In this document: positions 7,140 through 14,782 of the stretch, in pieces | Numbering within the stretch: position 1 is the first letter of the stretch | Layout of the letters: every line of letters starts with the position of its first letter | Assembly: GCF_039888725.1 (NCBI RefSeq) | Contig: NZ_JBDQQN010000002.1 | Location: forward strand, 578,024-602,023 | Length of the DNA: 24,000 bases | Reading direction: 5' to 3' | Source: Solibacillus sp. CAU 1738 | Lineage (GTDB): Bacteria > Bacillota > Bacilli > Bacillales_A > Planococcaceae | Made by a program: the position numbers and the translations under genes | Notes under the pieces: model-generated | Told to the model about the DNA's origin: nothing | What the model saw: only the letters and a program-made list of their open reading frames with translations | Database searches by the model: none

Positions 7140-8081
7140 TTATTTACCAAAAATTTCATTGTAATGATACTTAATAAAGTTAGGATTTAAATCTGTTCTA
7201 GAATATGCTAAATCTTTTCCATGAAACAAATTATCAGTATTAATATGTATGATTTTCCCTGTTGTAGGTTCAATCGCTATTATTCCGTAATCAAATTCAA
7301 CGTGATGATTGGGACATAAAATTATAATATTACTCTTAATATCAGGACCTTGATGAATTCCACCTAATTTCTTCAAATGATGCCCTTCTGAATATTTTTT
7401 TTCTGAAGGTAATATTATTTGCTCTCCGCAAATTTGACATTTCCCATCATATTCTTTTTTTAGTTCTCTTACAATCTTAGTATCTCTTACGATTCTATTA
7501 ATAACAGATGATACACGTGTTGTCTGCCCATCTTCATCTCTAGTAGTACTTTCCTCTTCATCTCCAACTCTAATTGAAGTTTTAGATTCTACATCCATTG
7601 AATCTAAATCTATATTTAAAAATTCCTTTAATTTATTAAATAGTTCATCACTTACAAGTGCTAAGTATTTTTGAGCAGTTTTAAATATATTATTTTCTTC
7701 TGTGTAAAAAGATCTTTGTTTTGTTATTTCTATAAGAAATTCTCGATATTCACTTAAAAAATCCTCAACCCGTTTTTTTTCTTCAAATTCATGGTACCCA
7801 ATTAAAGGTATACGATAGTAAGTTTCATAACCACCCCATTTACCAGGAATAGGTGGAGCTACATGAACAATAGTATAAGCACTACTTACAAATGAAATTC
7901 CCCAAAATCTATGATTTTTGCCTTCTTTTGAACCTTTAACAGAATGAATTACCAAGTCACCTTCTTTTGGCAATTTCATTATATTCCAACTACTTGCACA
8001 TGGACTCCATAATACTTCACCTAACTCCCAACCTTCACCACCATGAACTGGGTTTGTTAATTCAACAAAAATATTCATCAT
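7140..8081 (-). CDS. HNH endonuclease fusion protein, 313 aa, with an unassigned N-terminal domain
   Basis: The C-terminus carries an HNH/zinc signature (CQICGEQI...EGHHLKKL...NIIILCPNHHVEFD). The roughly 190-aa N-terminus has GGEGWELGEVLWSP...EGDLVIHSVKG, which resembles N-terminal domains I associate with restriction-type nucleases. SD is AGAGGGGGAAG. Confidence 0.8.
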   Translation of the reverse strand: MMNIFVELTNPVHGGEGWELGEVLWSPCASSWNIMKLPKEGDLVIHSVKGSKEGKNHRFWGISFVSSAYTIVHVAPPIPGKWGGYETYYRIPLIGYHEFEEKKRVEDFLSEYREFLIEITKQRSFYTEENNIFKTAQKYLALVSDELFNKLKEFLNIDLDSMDVESKTSIRVGDEEESTTRDEDGQTTRVSSVINRIVRDTKIVRELKKEYDGKCQICGEQIILPSEKKYSEGHHLKKLGGIHQGPDIKSNIIILCPNHHVEFDYGIIAIEPTTGKIIHINTDNLFHGKDLAYSRTDLNPNFIKYHYNEIFGK

Positions 8082-8281
8082 CTTCCCCCTCTATACTTCA
8101 TTTACTAAATTAGTATCACAAATAATTATAAACTATTCTGACAAATAATAATTTAACATTAGCATTCTCCTAGCTTTATTGGTATCAAAGCTGGTATCAC
8201 TAAACAAAAAAGCTTGGAATAACCCCCATAAATAAGGCTATCCAAACTTTTTCTAGTTGTTTTTTAATTATACCCGCTCTA

Positions 8282-8704
8282 TTACAACACTAGCATTTGT
8301 TTTAACACGTTGTTTCTGACCCTGAATATTGTTGTACTTGATAGCTTCATGTGCTTACCAATTGACCTCATACTATCACCATTCAGCAAACGATGCAGAA
8401 TCTCCATTTCTCTATCGCCTACTACTAACTGAATGCGCTTTTGTACCTCTGACACTTTCCGACGGTACTGTTGAATACGGAAGCCACCATATTGAGTACG
8501 ACGATGAACCTCGTAAAATACAGGATCACTTGTCCCACCACTTGCTTTTGGTAATGTTGAATCAATTCCATAACTAGCAACCTTTGCCCCTTTAATAACA
8601 GCTACATCCATTTCAGCCTCTTTGATTGTTTCAATCATCCAGTGATAATCTTCAATCCACTGCAATAAGTTGCCCTCTGATACAAATATTTGCCCTTTAC
8701 TCAT
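8282..8704 (-). CDS. Putative phage late-gene transcriptional activator (sigma-70 region-4-like / ArpU-RinA-like)
   Basis: 140 aa. The C-terminus (REMEILHRLLNGDSMRSIGKHMKLSSTTIFRVRNNVLKQM) looks like a region-4 HTH. It sits between the replication genes and the packaging genes. SD is AGGGGG. Confidence 0.6.
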   Translation of the reverse strand: MSKGQIFVSEGNLLQWIEDYHWMIETIKEAEMDVAVIKGAKVASYGIDSTLPKASGGTSDPVFYEVHRRTQYGGFRIQQYRRKVSEVQKRIQLVVGDREMEILHRLLNGDSMRSIGKHMKLSSTTIFRVRNNVLKQMLVL

Positions 8705-8732
8705 AAGCTGCCCCCTATGCTATAATAATAGT

Positions 8733-8796
8733 GTCATCCTTACATAAGAGGAACCTATCATCACCGCAGCGCCTTGTACTCGCTGCGGCTTTTTAT
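8733..8796 (+). ncRNA. Candidate about 65-nt antisense RNA opposite the 5' UTR of the late-activator gene
   Basis: Extended -10 TGCTATAAT at 8718-8726. Intrinsic terminator CCGCAGCG-N9-CGCTGCGG plus CTTTTTAT at 8764-8796, correctly oriented only for the plus strand. Confidence 0.3.
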
Positions 8797-8878
8797 ACTA
8801 AAAATTCCCTTCATAAATATTATCTATTTATTTAAAATTTACGATATAATGTACTAACATATATCTTAAGGGGCTAGT

Positions 8879-8968
8879 ATGCCTGGGACCAGGATTAGCA
8901 ACTTTATTTATTCTGCTAGTAACATTACAGTTACTCTTGAAAGCAAAAAAGAATCAGGTGGTGGTTAA
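8879..8968 (+). CDS. Candidate micro-ORF, 29 aa
   Basis: TATAAT at 8845-8850 and SD AAGGGG 5 nt before the ATG. Sequence MPGTRISNFIYSASNITVTLESKKESGGG. Below the ORF-track cutoff and speculative. Confidence 0.25.
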   Translation: MPGTRISNFIYSASNITVTLESKKESGGG

Positions 8969-8969
8969 T

Positions 8970-9068
8970 ATGGATAATAATTTCTTGTTTGAAACTTTAT
9001 CAGATATTGTTGGTCATTTAGCCGCTATTTGCGGCTCGGCTTTAGTAACAGTTGCTCTGGCGCCTTAA
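8970..9068 (+). CDS. Candidate micro-ORF, 32 aa with a hydrophobic C-terminus
   Basis: ATG lies 1 nt after the previous stop (TAATATG) and SD AGGTGGTGG sits inside the upstream ORF. Sequence MDNNFLFETLSDIVGHLAAICGSALVTVALAP. Speculative. Confidence 0.25.
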   Translation: MDNNFLFETLSDIVGHLAAICGSALVTVALAP

Positions 9069-9134
9069 GATATATCCTTTCGTTCCTTTCAAAGTTTTCA
9101 GTATTTAAATTCCCTATAAATGTAGTTCAAATAA

Positions 9135-9163
9135 TTTCCAAAAGAAATGAATTGTGATATAAT
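9135..9163 (+). promoter_or_regulatory. SigA-like promoter (TTTCCA, 17-nt spacer containing TGa, then TATAAT)
   Basis: -35 TTTCCA at 9135-9140, a 17-nt spacer and an extended -10 TGATATAAT at 9155-9163. No convincing CDS lies downstream. Confidence 0.4.
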
Positions 9164-9513
9164 TACATTGTCGAAACACTTTAGTGTCTAATGGAAGTGG
9201 CTTACCATTACTGATGATGACAGGCATTTTGATACCTACATTTTTAGTTTTTTGTATATTAACCGAACTTAAAGGAGTGGATATTATTTCTAAAATCCTT
9301 TATCACTTAAATCTGTTAAGTTCTATCATCACTATTTTTACCTTTCTTAAAGCCACTTCCTCTTCTTCTAGGTTTAACCTACTGATGAGCTTGTGAAATT
9401 CAAGCGAAAAGAAGGAATGTTTTTCGTTTTTTCCCTATCAATCGTTAATTCTGCTCTTGGCTGCATATCATAAAACTTCCTAATAACCACCTCTTACTAC
9501 TCAACAAAATATT

Positions 9514-9756
9514 TCAATTGCTCTCCACCGAGTAAGACCACTCAACCAAATACGGTAAATTACCCTGCAAATGAATCTTAAGGTTATGCTGCTCTTGCTC
9601 ACATCGGTAAAGATGCACTACCTTGTCCATAACACGCTTTGAGCCTTCGAAGGTATAAGTGTTACCCTCGAATGTAATTTCCTTGCTAGGAGCCGAGTAG
9701 TGCTCATATATTGCTTCTAAATCACGATATACATGTTCAACTGTTGCTGTTGGCAT
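9514..9756 (-). CDS. Hypothetical protein, 80 aa
   Basis: ORF with SD AAGGAGGA 6 nt upstream of the ATG. Confidence 0.6.
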   Translation of the reverse strand: MPTATVEHVYRDLEAIYEHYSAPSKEITFEGNTYTFEGSKRVMDKVVHLYRCEQEQHNLKIHLQGNLPYLVEWSYSVESN

Positions 9757-9791
9757 TAGTATTCCTCCTTGTTAGCACTCCCTGATTTGTT

Positions 9792-10094
9792 TTAAACTTT
9801 TTCAACGAAAGTATTCCATTCTTTTAGTAATGCTTCAATATTCGACTTAACAATTAACTCTCCTAATCTGCATTTCAGCTTCGTTTTATCGGATATTAGT
9901 TTAATTTCCTGCAGTGTATTCATAATTATGAAGCTGTTCGTATTGAAATAAATTTTGAAAGGTTTAGTGTTAACGAAAATCTTTTGGCCATCATTAGGTG
10001 TTTTGATGGCTATCTCTACTGATTCCTTTTCGAATTTAAGGATTCTAACATTTTCGAACGTCGTACATTCATCTGCATAAGGTGTAAAAACCAT
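9792..10094 (-). CDS. Hypothetical protein, 100 aa
   Basis: The ATG at 10094 follows AGGAGTG. The ORF-track start at 10166 overlaps the upstream gene and has no SD. Confidence 0.55.
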   Translation of the reverse strand: MVFTPYADECTTFENVRILKFEKESVEIAIKTPNDGQKIFVNTKPFKIYFNTNSFIIMNTLQEIKLISDKTKLKCRLGELIVKSNIEALLKEWNTFVEKV

Positions 10095-10143
10095 TAATAT
10101 CACTCCTGTTTTAATTTTGACTTTATAGCTGCAACCGTCGTTT

Positions 10144-10359
10144 TTAAGAAACCAACTTCGCCTCACCGCTATCTAAAACAGCAATCATATAATCAACAGC
10201 CTCATCAGCATCTTTAAGGCCTTTTTGCACTCGTAACTGCTCCAAGCGTCTGTAAGCCATTTGCTCATCGTATTTGTTGCCGAATCGATCGTATGTCCCG
10301 TAGTACAAAACTATTTGATCAATCAGGAATTTTTCAGTAATGTTGTTTATCTCCCTCAT
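10144..10359 (-). CDS. Hypothetical protein, 71 aa
   Basis: The ATG at 10359 follows TGGAGGG. The ORF-track TTG at 10371 lies inside the SD. Confidence 0.55.
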   Translation of the reverse strand: MREINNITEKFLIDQIVLYYGTYDRFGNKYDEQMAYRRLEQLRVQKGLKDADEAVDYMIAVLDSGEAKLVS

Positions 10360-10392
10360 ATTGCCCTCCAATCATGGGGCGTGGTGCCCCTC

Positions 10393-11313
10393 TTAATATC
10401 CTTCTAAAGGTCGTTTATCTTTAACGCGATCATCGAATAACACTGCTTTTCGATTTTTTGATAACCGAGAAAGCATCTTGCCATCATACATTTTGTTTAG
10501 TTGCTCCCCACCTAAATTGGTTGTAACAACTGTCACCTTCTGCTGACGGCTATTTACAACAGCTCTTAAAATTCGACCAGTGAAATCGGATGCTCTTTTT
10601 TCAGTCTGCTCGTTACCTGTTTCAGCCCCTAAATCATCAAGGACTAAAACATCAACTTCGCTCATTAAGCGTGTAAAATAAAGCTCTGTGTACTTACTCT
10701 CGGGATTATTGAACGAATCTCTTAATCTACGAAGCATCTCATCAATATCGATGAACAAGCAGCTCATTTGGTTATTCGAACGAACATTGATGTCGTAAAG
10801 TAATGAATAGCTAAGATGGCTTTTTCCGACACCTGGAGGACCATAAAGCAGGATGTTGAATTTTTCACCGTTTAAAATACCCGTAGCATGTTGCTTCATC
10901 ATTAGTAAATTTTGATAGGCAAGTGGTTCATCTTCTGTGCGGTAATTATCAAAACGAGCATATAAAATCGTCTCATCCTGCAAAACGCTTTGATTGTATA
11001 AGACAAGTGTTTTGTCATTTTTTTTTAAGTGATCAGCATACGACTGAAATTCTGCTGTCGTTTCGGCAGTATATTGCTCACACTTGCAACGTGGGCAAAC
11101 TACTTGTCCATCAATTATTATTTTTTGCACTTTGTATTTGTCACATAGCTTTTGCATTTCAACTTGGTATTCCGTCACTGCATCCCAATCATCATCGTTA
11201 GGCATTCTCGGTTTAATATGCGCTGGCACATGAGTCGCATTGGTGCAATACTCAGAAGCCCAAGTCAGCTTTGTAGCCATTGTTTGGTTTATTGCTTCCC
11301 CTATTGCTTGCAT
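10393..11313 (-). CDS. DnaC/IstB-like AAA+ helicase loader with an N-terminal zinc-ribbon region
   Basis: Walker A LLYGPPGVGKSH and Walker B VLVLDDLG. CPRCKC motif in the N-terminal half. Preferred start is the ATG at 11313 after AAGGGTGG. The longer ORF overlaps the DnaD-like gene by 100 nt. Confidence 0.85.
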   Translation of the reverse strand: MQAIGEAINQTMATKLTWASEYCTNATHVPAHIKPRMPNDDDWDAVTEYQVEMQKLCDKYKVQKIIIDGQVVCPRCKCEQYTAETTAEFQSYADHLKKNDKTLVLYNQSVLQDETILYARFDNYRTEDEPLAYQNLLMMKQHATGILNGEKFNILLYGPPGVGKSHLSYSLLYDINVRSNNQMSCLFIDIDEMLRRLRDSFNNPESKYTELYFTRLMSEVDVLVLDDLGAETGNEQTEKRASDFTGRILRAVVNSRQQKVTVVTTNLGGEQLNKMYDGKMLSRLSKNRKAVLFDDRVKDKRPLEGY

Positions 11314-12022
11314 TTCTCTGACCACCCTTCTTTTTATTAAACGCGTCATCATCCCGTAAAACTTCTGCTAAAGTGGCGATTCGTTTCTTCTGCCAGTCTA
11401 TTAAAATATTTTCGGTATATCGTAGAGCTGTTATATTGGCTAATGCAGTTCGCTTCATTGCTTCAATAATTAGCTCGTAAGGATATTCGTTTTCCCAATG
11501 CAAGATGGTTTCGATTTCAAAAGTCGATAAATTGAATCGAATATTTTCTTGAAAGAAGCGAATCGCATTTTTATCATTTGCAGTAGTAGGATTATTATCA
11601 GTATTTGGTTTATTCAATACTTGGTTAATATCAGTACTTAGTAGTGGCGGGTTTTCTACTTCTTGAAAACCTACTTCTTGGTTTTCTATTTCTTGCTTTT
11701 CTATTTCTAGAAAATCGGGTTCTAGAGAATTCATTGGAACTTCATGTACAATCGTTTCCCATTCTTTAATTCGTTGCCCTTCACGTATTGGCTTACGTTC
11801 CACATAACCAGAATCTTTTAATTCTTTAAAACCACTTTGAAATGAAGCTTTTCCATCAGTAGCGTGCGTTTGTAGCTCTTCCATGTAAAACACCCAATCA
11901 TCCGGCATCGAAAGGAGATATGCCATAATTCCTTTGGCCTTCCAAGATAGCCGTTTATCATTTAGTGCCGTACGATTCATGACTACGTAGTTGCTGTTCT
12001 TAGCTACTCTTACAATGCCCAT
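11252..12022 (-). CDS. Phage replication initiator / replisome organizer (winged-helix N-terminus, DnaD-like C-terminus)
   Basis: N-terminus (VVMNRTALNDKRLSWKAKGIMAYLLSMPDDW...GYVER) and C-terminus (FFQENI...IIEAMKRTALANITALRYTENILIDWQKK) match the usual architecture. It sits upstream of the DnaC-like loader. Confidence 0.8.
   Translation of the reverse strand: MGIVRVAKNSNYVVMNRTALNDKRLSWKAKGIMAYLLSMPDDWVFYMEELQTHATDGKASFQSGFKELKDSGYVERKPIREGQRIKEWETIVHEVPMNSLEPDFLEIEKQEIENQEVGFQEVENPPLLSTDINQVLNKPNTDNNPTTANDKNAIRFFQENIRFNLSTFEIETILHWENEYPYELIIEAMKRTALANITALRYTENILIDWQKKRIATLAEVLRDDDAFNKKKGGQRNASNRGSNKPNNGYKADLGF
11651..11710. repeat. Four tandem 15-bp repeats inside the initiator gene (candidate origin iterons)
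   Basis: GTTTTCTACTTCTTG / AAAACCTACTTCTTG / GTTTTCTATTTCTTG / CTTTTCTATTTCTAG, back to back. They are in frame and encode E(I/V)E(K/N)Q-like pentapeptides. Confidence 0.8.
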
Positions 12023-12027
12023 TTGCC

Positions 12028-12270
12028 CTAGTCCTCCTTGCTAAATATCATCAATATTCCATCTGCCGAACTAGCCAAATCTTTACCTGTATAACCCTTT
12101 GCAACCTCAAGAATGGCAAAAACTTCTTGTTCACCTTCATTTGTCACAATTGGTACTGCGCCATCTTTAAACTTTGTCGAAATCTCATACCATTGCTCTG
12201 ATGTTGCAAAAAGGGGTTTCACATCACCATTAACTGTGATTATAAATTTACCTTTTAGCTGTTCAGCCAT
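12028..12270 (-). CDS. Hypothetical protein, 80 aa
   Basis: ORF with SD GGAGGG upstream of the ATG. Confidence 0.6.
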   Translation of the reverse strand: MAEQLKGKFIITVNGDVKPLFATSEQWYEISTKFKDGAVPIVTNEGEQEVFAILEVAKGYTGKDLASSADGILMIFSKED

Positions 12271-12313
12271 GCCCTTGCCCTCCTAAAGATGAACGGGGAT
12301 TGCTCCCCATTCG

Positions 12314-12490
12314 TTATACTGTTTCTACTTCTGCAAACTCCTCATTTTCGCACCAGCTGCCATATGAATCCGTACCGACATAATTTCCGCAATCTTTGCA
12401 CGTGTAACTTGTTTCTACAATGTACCCTTCTTCGGAATACTGCGTCTTTTTCATCTCTCTGCTTTCGCATTTTTGGCATTCGATAACCAT
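12314..12490 (-). CDS. Small zinc-ribbon protein, 58 aa (not in the ORF track)
   Basis: The ATG at 12490 follows GGAAGG. Sequence MVIECQKCESREMKKTQYSEEGYIVETSYTCKDCGNYVGTDSYGSWCENEEFAEVETV has two CxxC pairs. It fills an otherwise empty gap in the minus-strand operon. Confidence 0.5.
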   Translation of the reverse strand: MVIECQKCESREMKKTQYSEEGYIVETSYTCKDCGNYVGTDSYGSWCENEEFAEVETV

Positions 12491-12532
12491 GTATAACCTT
12501 CCTAAATCGGAAGGGGAGCGCCCCCCTACCTG

Positions 12533-13330
12533 TTATTCTGTTACTTCATCAAATGTTGGTGCATCAATGAAAAATTCTGTATCTGGTGTGATATCCTTCA
12601 TTTCACGTTTCGGAGCTGTCCCCTCGTCATAAGCTACCTGCTGTTGCATTTCGACGCTAATCGGCAAGTACTTCCACATGTGACGTACAACCGTCTTTTT
12701 CGCCATTTCCTCGTAGTCTGTTGCCCAAGGTGAATATGAAGAATTAGCAGCCTTAGAACGTCCCTTCCGCTTTTCGATTTCACTCTTTGGCATAAATTCA
12801 AATTGATAACCGCCATCTTTAAAACGCGCTACTGCATAAGCACCAATGAATTGTCCTCGATCTGATTCCATCGATGGCTTGTGTACTAATTTTTGCTCAA
12901 GCCCAAGTTCAAACTCGAAGTGATCCTTTTCGTAAACTGCATGAGAATAGATGGATTCAATATGGCCAGAACGACGAGCTAGGTCAATCATGCCTTTATA
13001 GCCGATGATGAACTGGACTTCGGTAATACCTTTTTTATTGTTTTTGAATGGTAGCAAGTAACAGTGACCCATTAGCCCAGGCTCTAAACCTAATTGCGCA
13101 GCTTGCATTACAGCACCTAGAAGAGAAGAGACATCCGCTTCTCGTAATGCTGGAGTAGTACGAATTGTTGTCATTGCTAAACGCATTACTCTGTCGATAT
13201 CCATATGTTTTGGTAATGCCTGCGCCATTGCCGGAGCCATTTGTTTAAGATAATCCTCGATTGTTTTTGGTTTTTTTTGTTCAGCTGGTGCCTGTTGCAT
13301 TTGTTGTTTTAATTCGTCTGTAGTTGCCAT
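12533..13330 (-). CDS. recT: RecT-family single-strand annealing recombinase
   Basis: 265 aa with overall RecT-like sequence (ALREADVSSLLGAVMQAAQLGLEPG...GYKGMIDLARRSG). It is paired with a YqaJ exonuclease immediately upstream. Confidence 0.9.
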   Translation of the reverse strand: MATTDELKQQMQQAPAEQKKPKTIEDYLKQMAPAMAQALPKHMDIDRVMRLAMTTIRTTPALREADVSSLLGAVMQAAQLGLEPGLMGHCYLLPFKNNKKGITEVQFIIGYKGMIDLARRSGHIESIYSHAVYEKDHFEFELGLEQKLVHKPSMESDRGQFIGAYAVARFKDGGYQFEFMPKSEIEKRKGRSKAANSSYSPWATDYEEMAKKTVVRHMWKYLPISVEMQQQVAYDEGTAPKREMKDITPDTEFFIDAPTFDEVTE

Positions 13331-13332
13331 AA

Positions 13333-14262
13333 TTAGTTAGCCTCCTTAATCGATAACCGACGTGATAATGATTCATTGCAATATTTTTCATAAAGGTCTG
13401 GTTGCTCAGCCTTTAAACGTTTACTATCAATACGGTTAGACGTGATTGTTTTATAAGTAACTTTAAAACGATTTGAATGCCCTTCAGCAGCATCTTCCAA
13501 TATTATTTTCAGTTGATTTTCATAACCTTTACGTTGAGACTCTAGTTGCTTTTCTTCGGCTTTTATCGACTCAATCGCTTCAATCACTGTGTTCATTTGC
13601 TCGTCCAACATAATGGCCGAACCGTCATCTTGTGGGTACATCTTCGCTAAGAAGTCACTAGCCGATGAACTGCCATCGATTGCAGGAGGTACGTTCGCAA
13701 GTACGTGATTTTCCCAGAAGTCTTTCTCGCGATCAATCATGAGCTCAATAAACTCGTCATCACGTTCAACTTCTTTCCAAACAAAATTATTTCCGCCAAT
13801 TAATACTGCAATATACGCTTTTTCGTAACCTGTAACCGCGAGATAATGTTGCAACTGGCAAATGTACGCTGCCGGTACATCGTCACCTTCCCAAGCTTGA
13901 TTGTTATAAGTGGATGTAGTTTTACATTCGAGAATTGCTTTTTCACCTACAATTCGACGGTCAAGGTTAGCTGTCATAAACGGATAATCTGGATGACGTA
14001 GCATACGATTTACACGCTGAACTTTTTTACCTGTACGTTTTGCAAATTCTTGTGCCACAACATCTTCAAGCACATTGCCCCAATAAATAAATTCGTTGTC
14101 GAGTTCTTCAACAAAATCCGAAGTTTTTTCTATATATAACTGGAAAGCTGATTTCCAACGGTTAAAACCTAAGATTGCTGATGCGTCAGAACCACCAATA
14201 CCGCTTTTACGTAAATGTAGCCATTCAATACGACTCATTTCTTTTGTACTTACTGCTTCCAT
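13333..14262 (-). CDS. YqaJ-type (lambda Exo-like) recombination exonuclease
   Basis: 309 aa. N-terminal GIGGSDASAILG and the ILECKT PD-(D/E)xK-like motif. It is adjacent to recT. Confidence 0.9.
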   Translation of the reverse strand: MEAVSTKEMSRIEWLHLRKSGIGGSDASAILGFNRWKSAFQLYIEKTSDFVEELDNEFIYWGNVLEDVVAQEFAKRTGKKVQRVNRMLRHPDYPFMTANLDRRIVGEKAILECKTTSTYNNQAWEGDDVPAAYICQLQHYLAVTGYEKAYIAVLIGGNNFVWKEVERDDEFIELMIDREKDFWENHVLANVPPAIDGSSSASDFLAKMYPQDDGSAIMLDEQMNTVIEAIESIKAEEKQLESQRKGYENQLKIILEDAAEGHSNRFKVTYKTITSNRIDSKRLKAEQPDLYEKYCNESLSRRLSIKEAN

Positions 14263-14316
14263 ATCAATGCCCCCTATGTTAAAATTTCCGTAAATACATT
14301 TATTAAATTTCCGATG

Positions 14317-14346
14317 AAGGACGCTTTCGCAGAGCGTCCTTTTTTA
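14317..14346 (+). terminator. Intrinsic terminator oriented for the plus strand, inside the minus-strand operon
   Basis: AAGGACGCT-TTCGCAG-AGCGTCCTT followed by TTTTT on the plus strand. The minus-strand version has no U tract. Confidence 0.5.
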
Positions 14347-14538
14347 TGCGATTTTCTTAGCGTAGTCATTTTCAAGCAACCAACGGACCAAGCAATCCGT
14401 ACTACAAAATGTTAAACCTTCGAACTCAACAACTTGATCATCTTCACCACAGTGCTCACAGGCGACTACATCTGGAATACGACCGTCTGCATAACCTGTG
14501 CGCATCGTATTTTCAATAACTGGATGCATATTACTCAC
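14344..14538 (-). CDS. Small cysteine-rich protein, 64 aa
   Basis: SD AGGTGAG. The CEHCGE...FCSTDC pattern suggests zinc binding. Confidence 0.55.
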   Translation of the reverse strand: MSNMHPVIENTMRTGYADGRIPDVVACEHCGEDDQVVEFEGLTFCSTDCLVRWLLENDYAKKIA

Positions 14539-14673
14539 CTACTTTCTGATGGACCATCCCATCAAGCAGCCTACAAAGTTTTAGGGTGTACCAAGCCCTT
14601 TGAGGAGGTTTATAGACTGCTTGACGAGAGCGAAATTGCTTTCGCTACGTCGTAAATGTGTTATAATGGAACT

Positions 14674-14728
14674 TGTATATATGGTCATGCTGTTTAATCG
14701 TTGGAGCGATTAAGCAGTTTTTTTATTT
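14674..14728 (+). ncRNA. Candidate about 50-nt plus-strand small RNA
   Basis: Extended -10 TGTTATAAT at 14659-14667. Strong terminator CTGTTTAATCG-TTGGAG-CGATTAAGCAG plus TTTTTTTATTT at 14690-14728. It lies in a roughly 240-nt gap with no credible CDS. Confidence 0.3.
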
Positions 14729-14782
14729 GTGTGAAAGTGAATCATCACTAACCTTTGTTTAAGTGTCATGTGCTTCCACGCT

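Noticed and set aside
8329-8577. Plus-strand 82-aa ORF opposite the late activator gene
   Set aside because: It is a shadow ORF inside a supported minus-strand gene and has no SD.
9184-9396. 70-aa plus-strand ORF starting with GTG
   Set aside because: It has no SD, a GTG start and a low-complexity hydrophobic translation. The region is kept only as a possible non-coding RNA, not as a CDS.
10923-11352. Plus-strand ORFs 10923-11201 and 11152-11340, and the 5' extension of the DnaC-like ORF to 11352
   Set aside because: The plus-strand ORFs are antisense shadows. The extension overlaps the initiator gene by 100 nt, whereas the ATG at 11313 has a good SD.
12289-12816. ORFs 12289-12486 (+), 12420-12632 (+) and 12634-12816 (-, out of frame in recT)
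   Set aside because: They are shadow ORFs. The real gene in the 12271-12532 gap is the 58-aa zinc-ribbon ORF on the minus strand (12314-12490), which has an SD.
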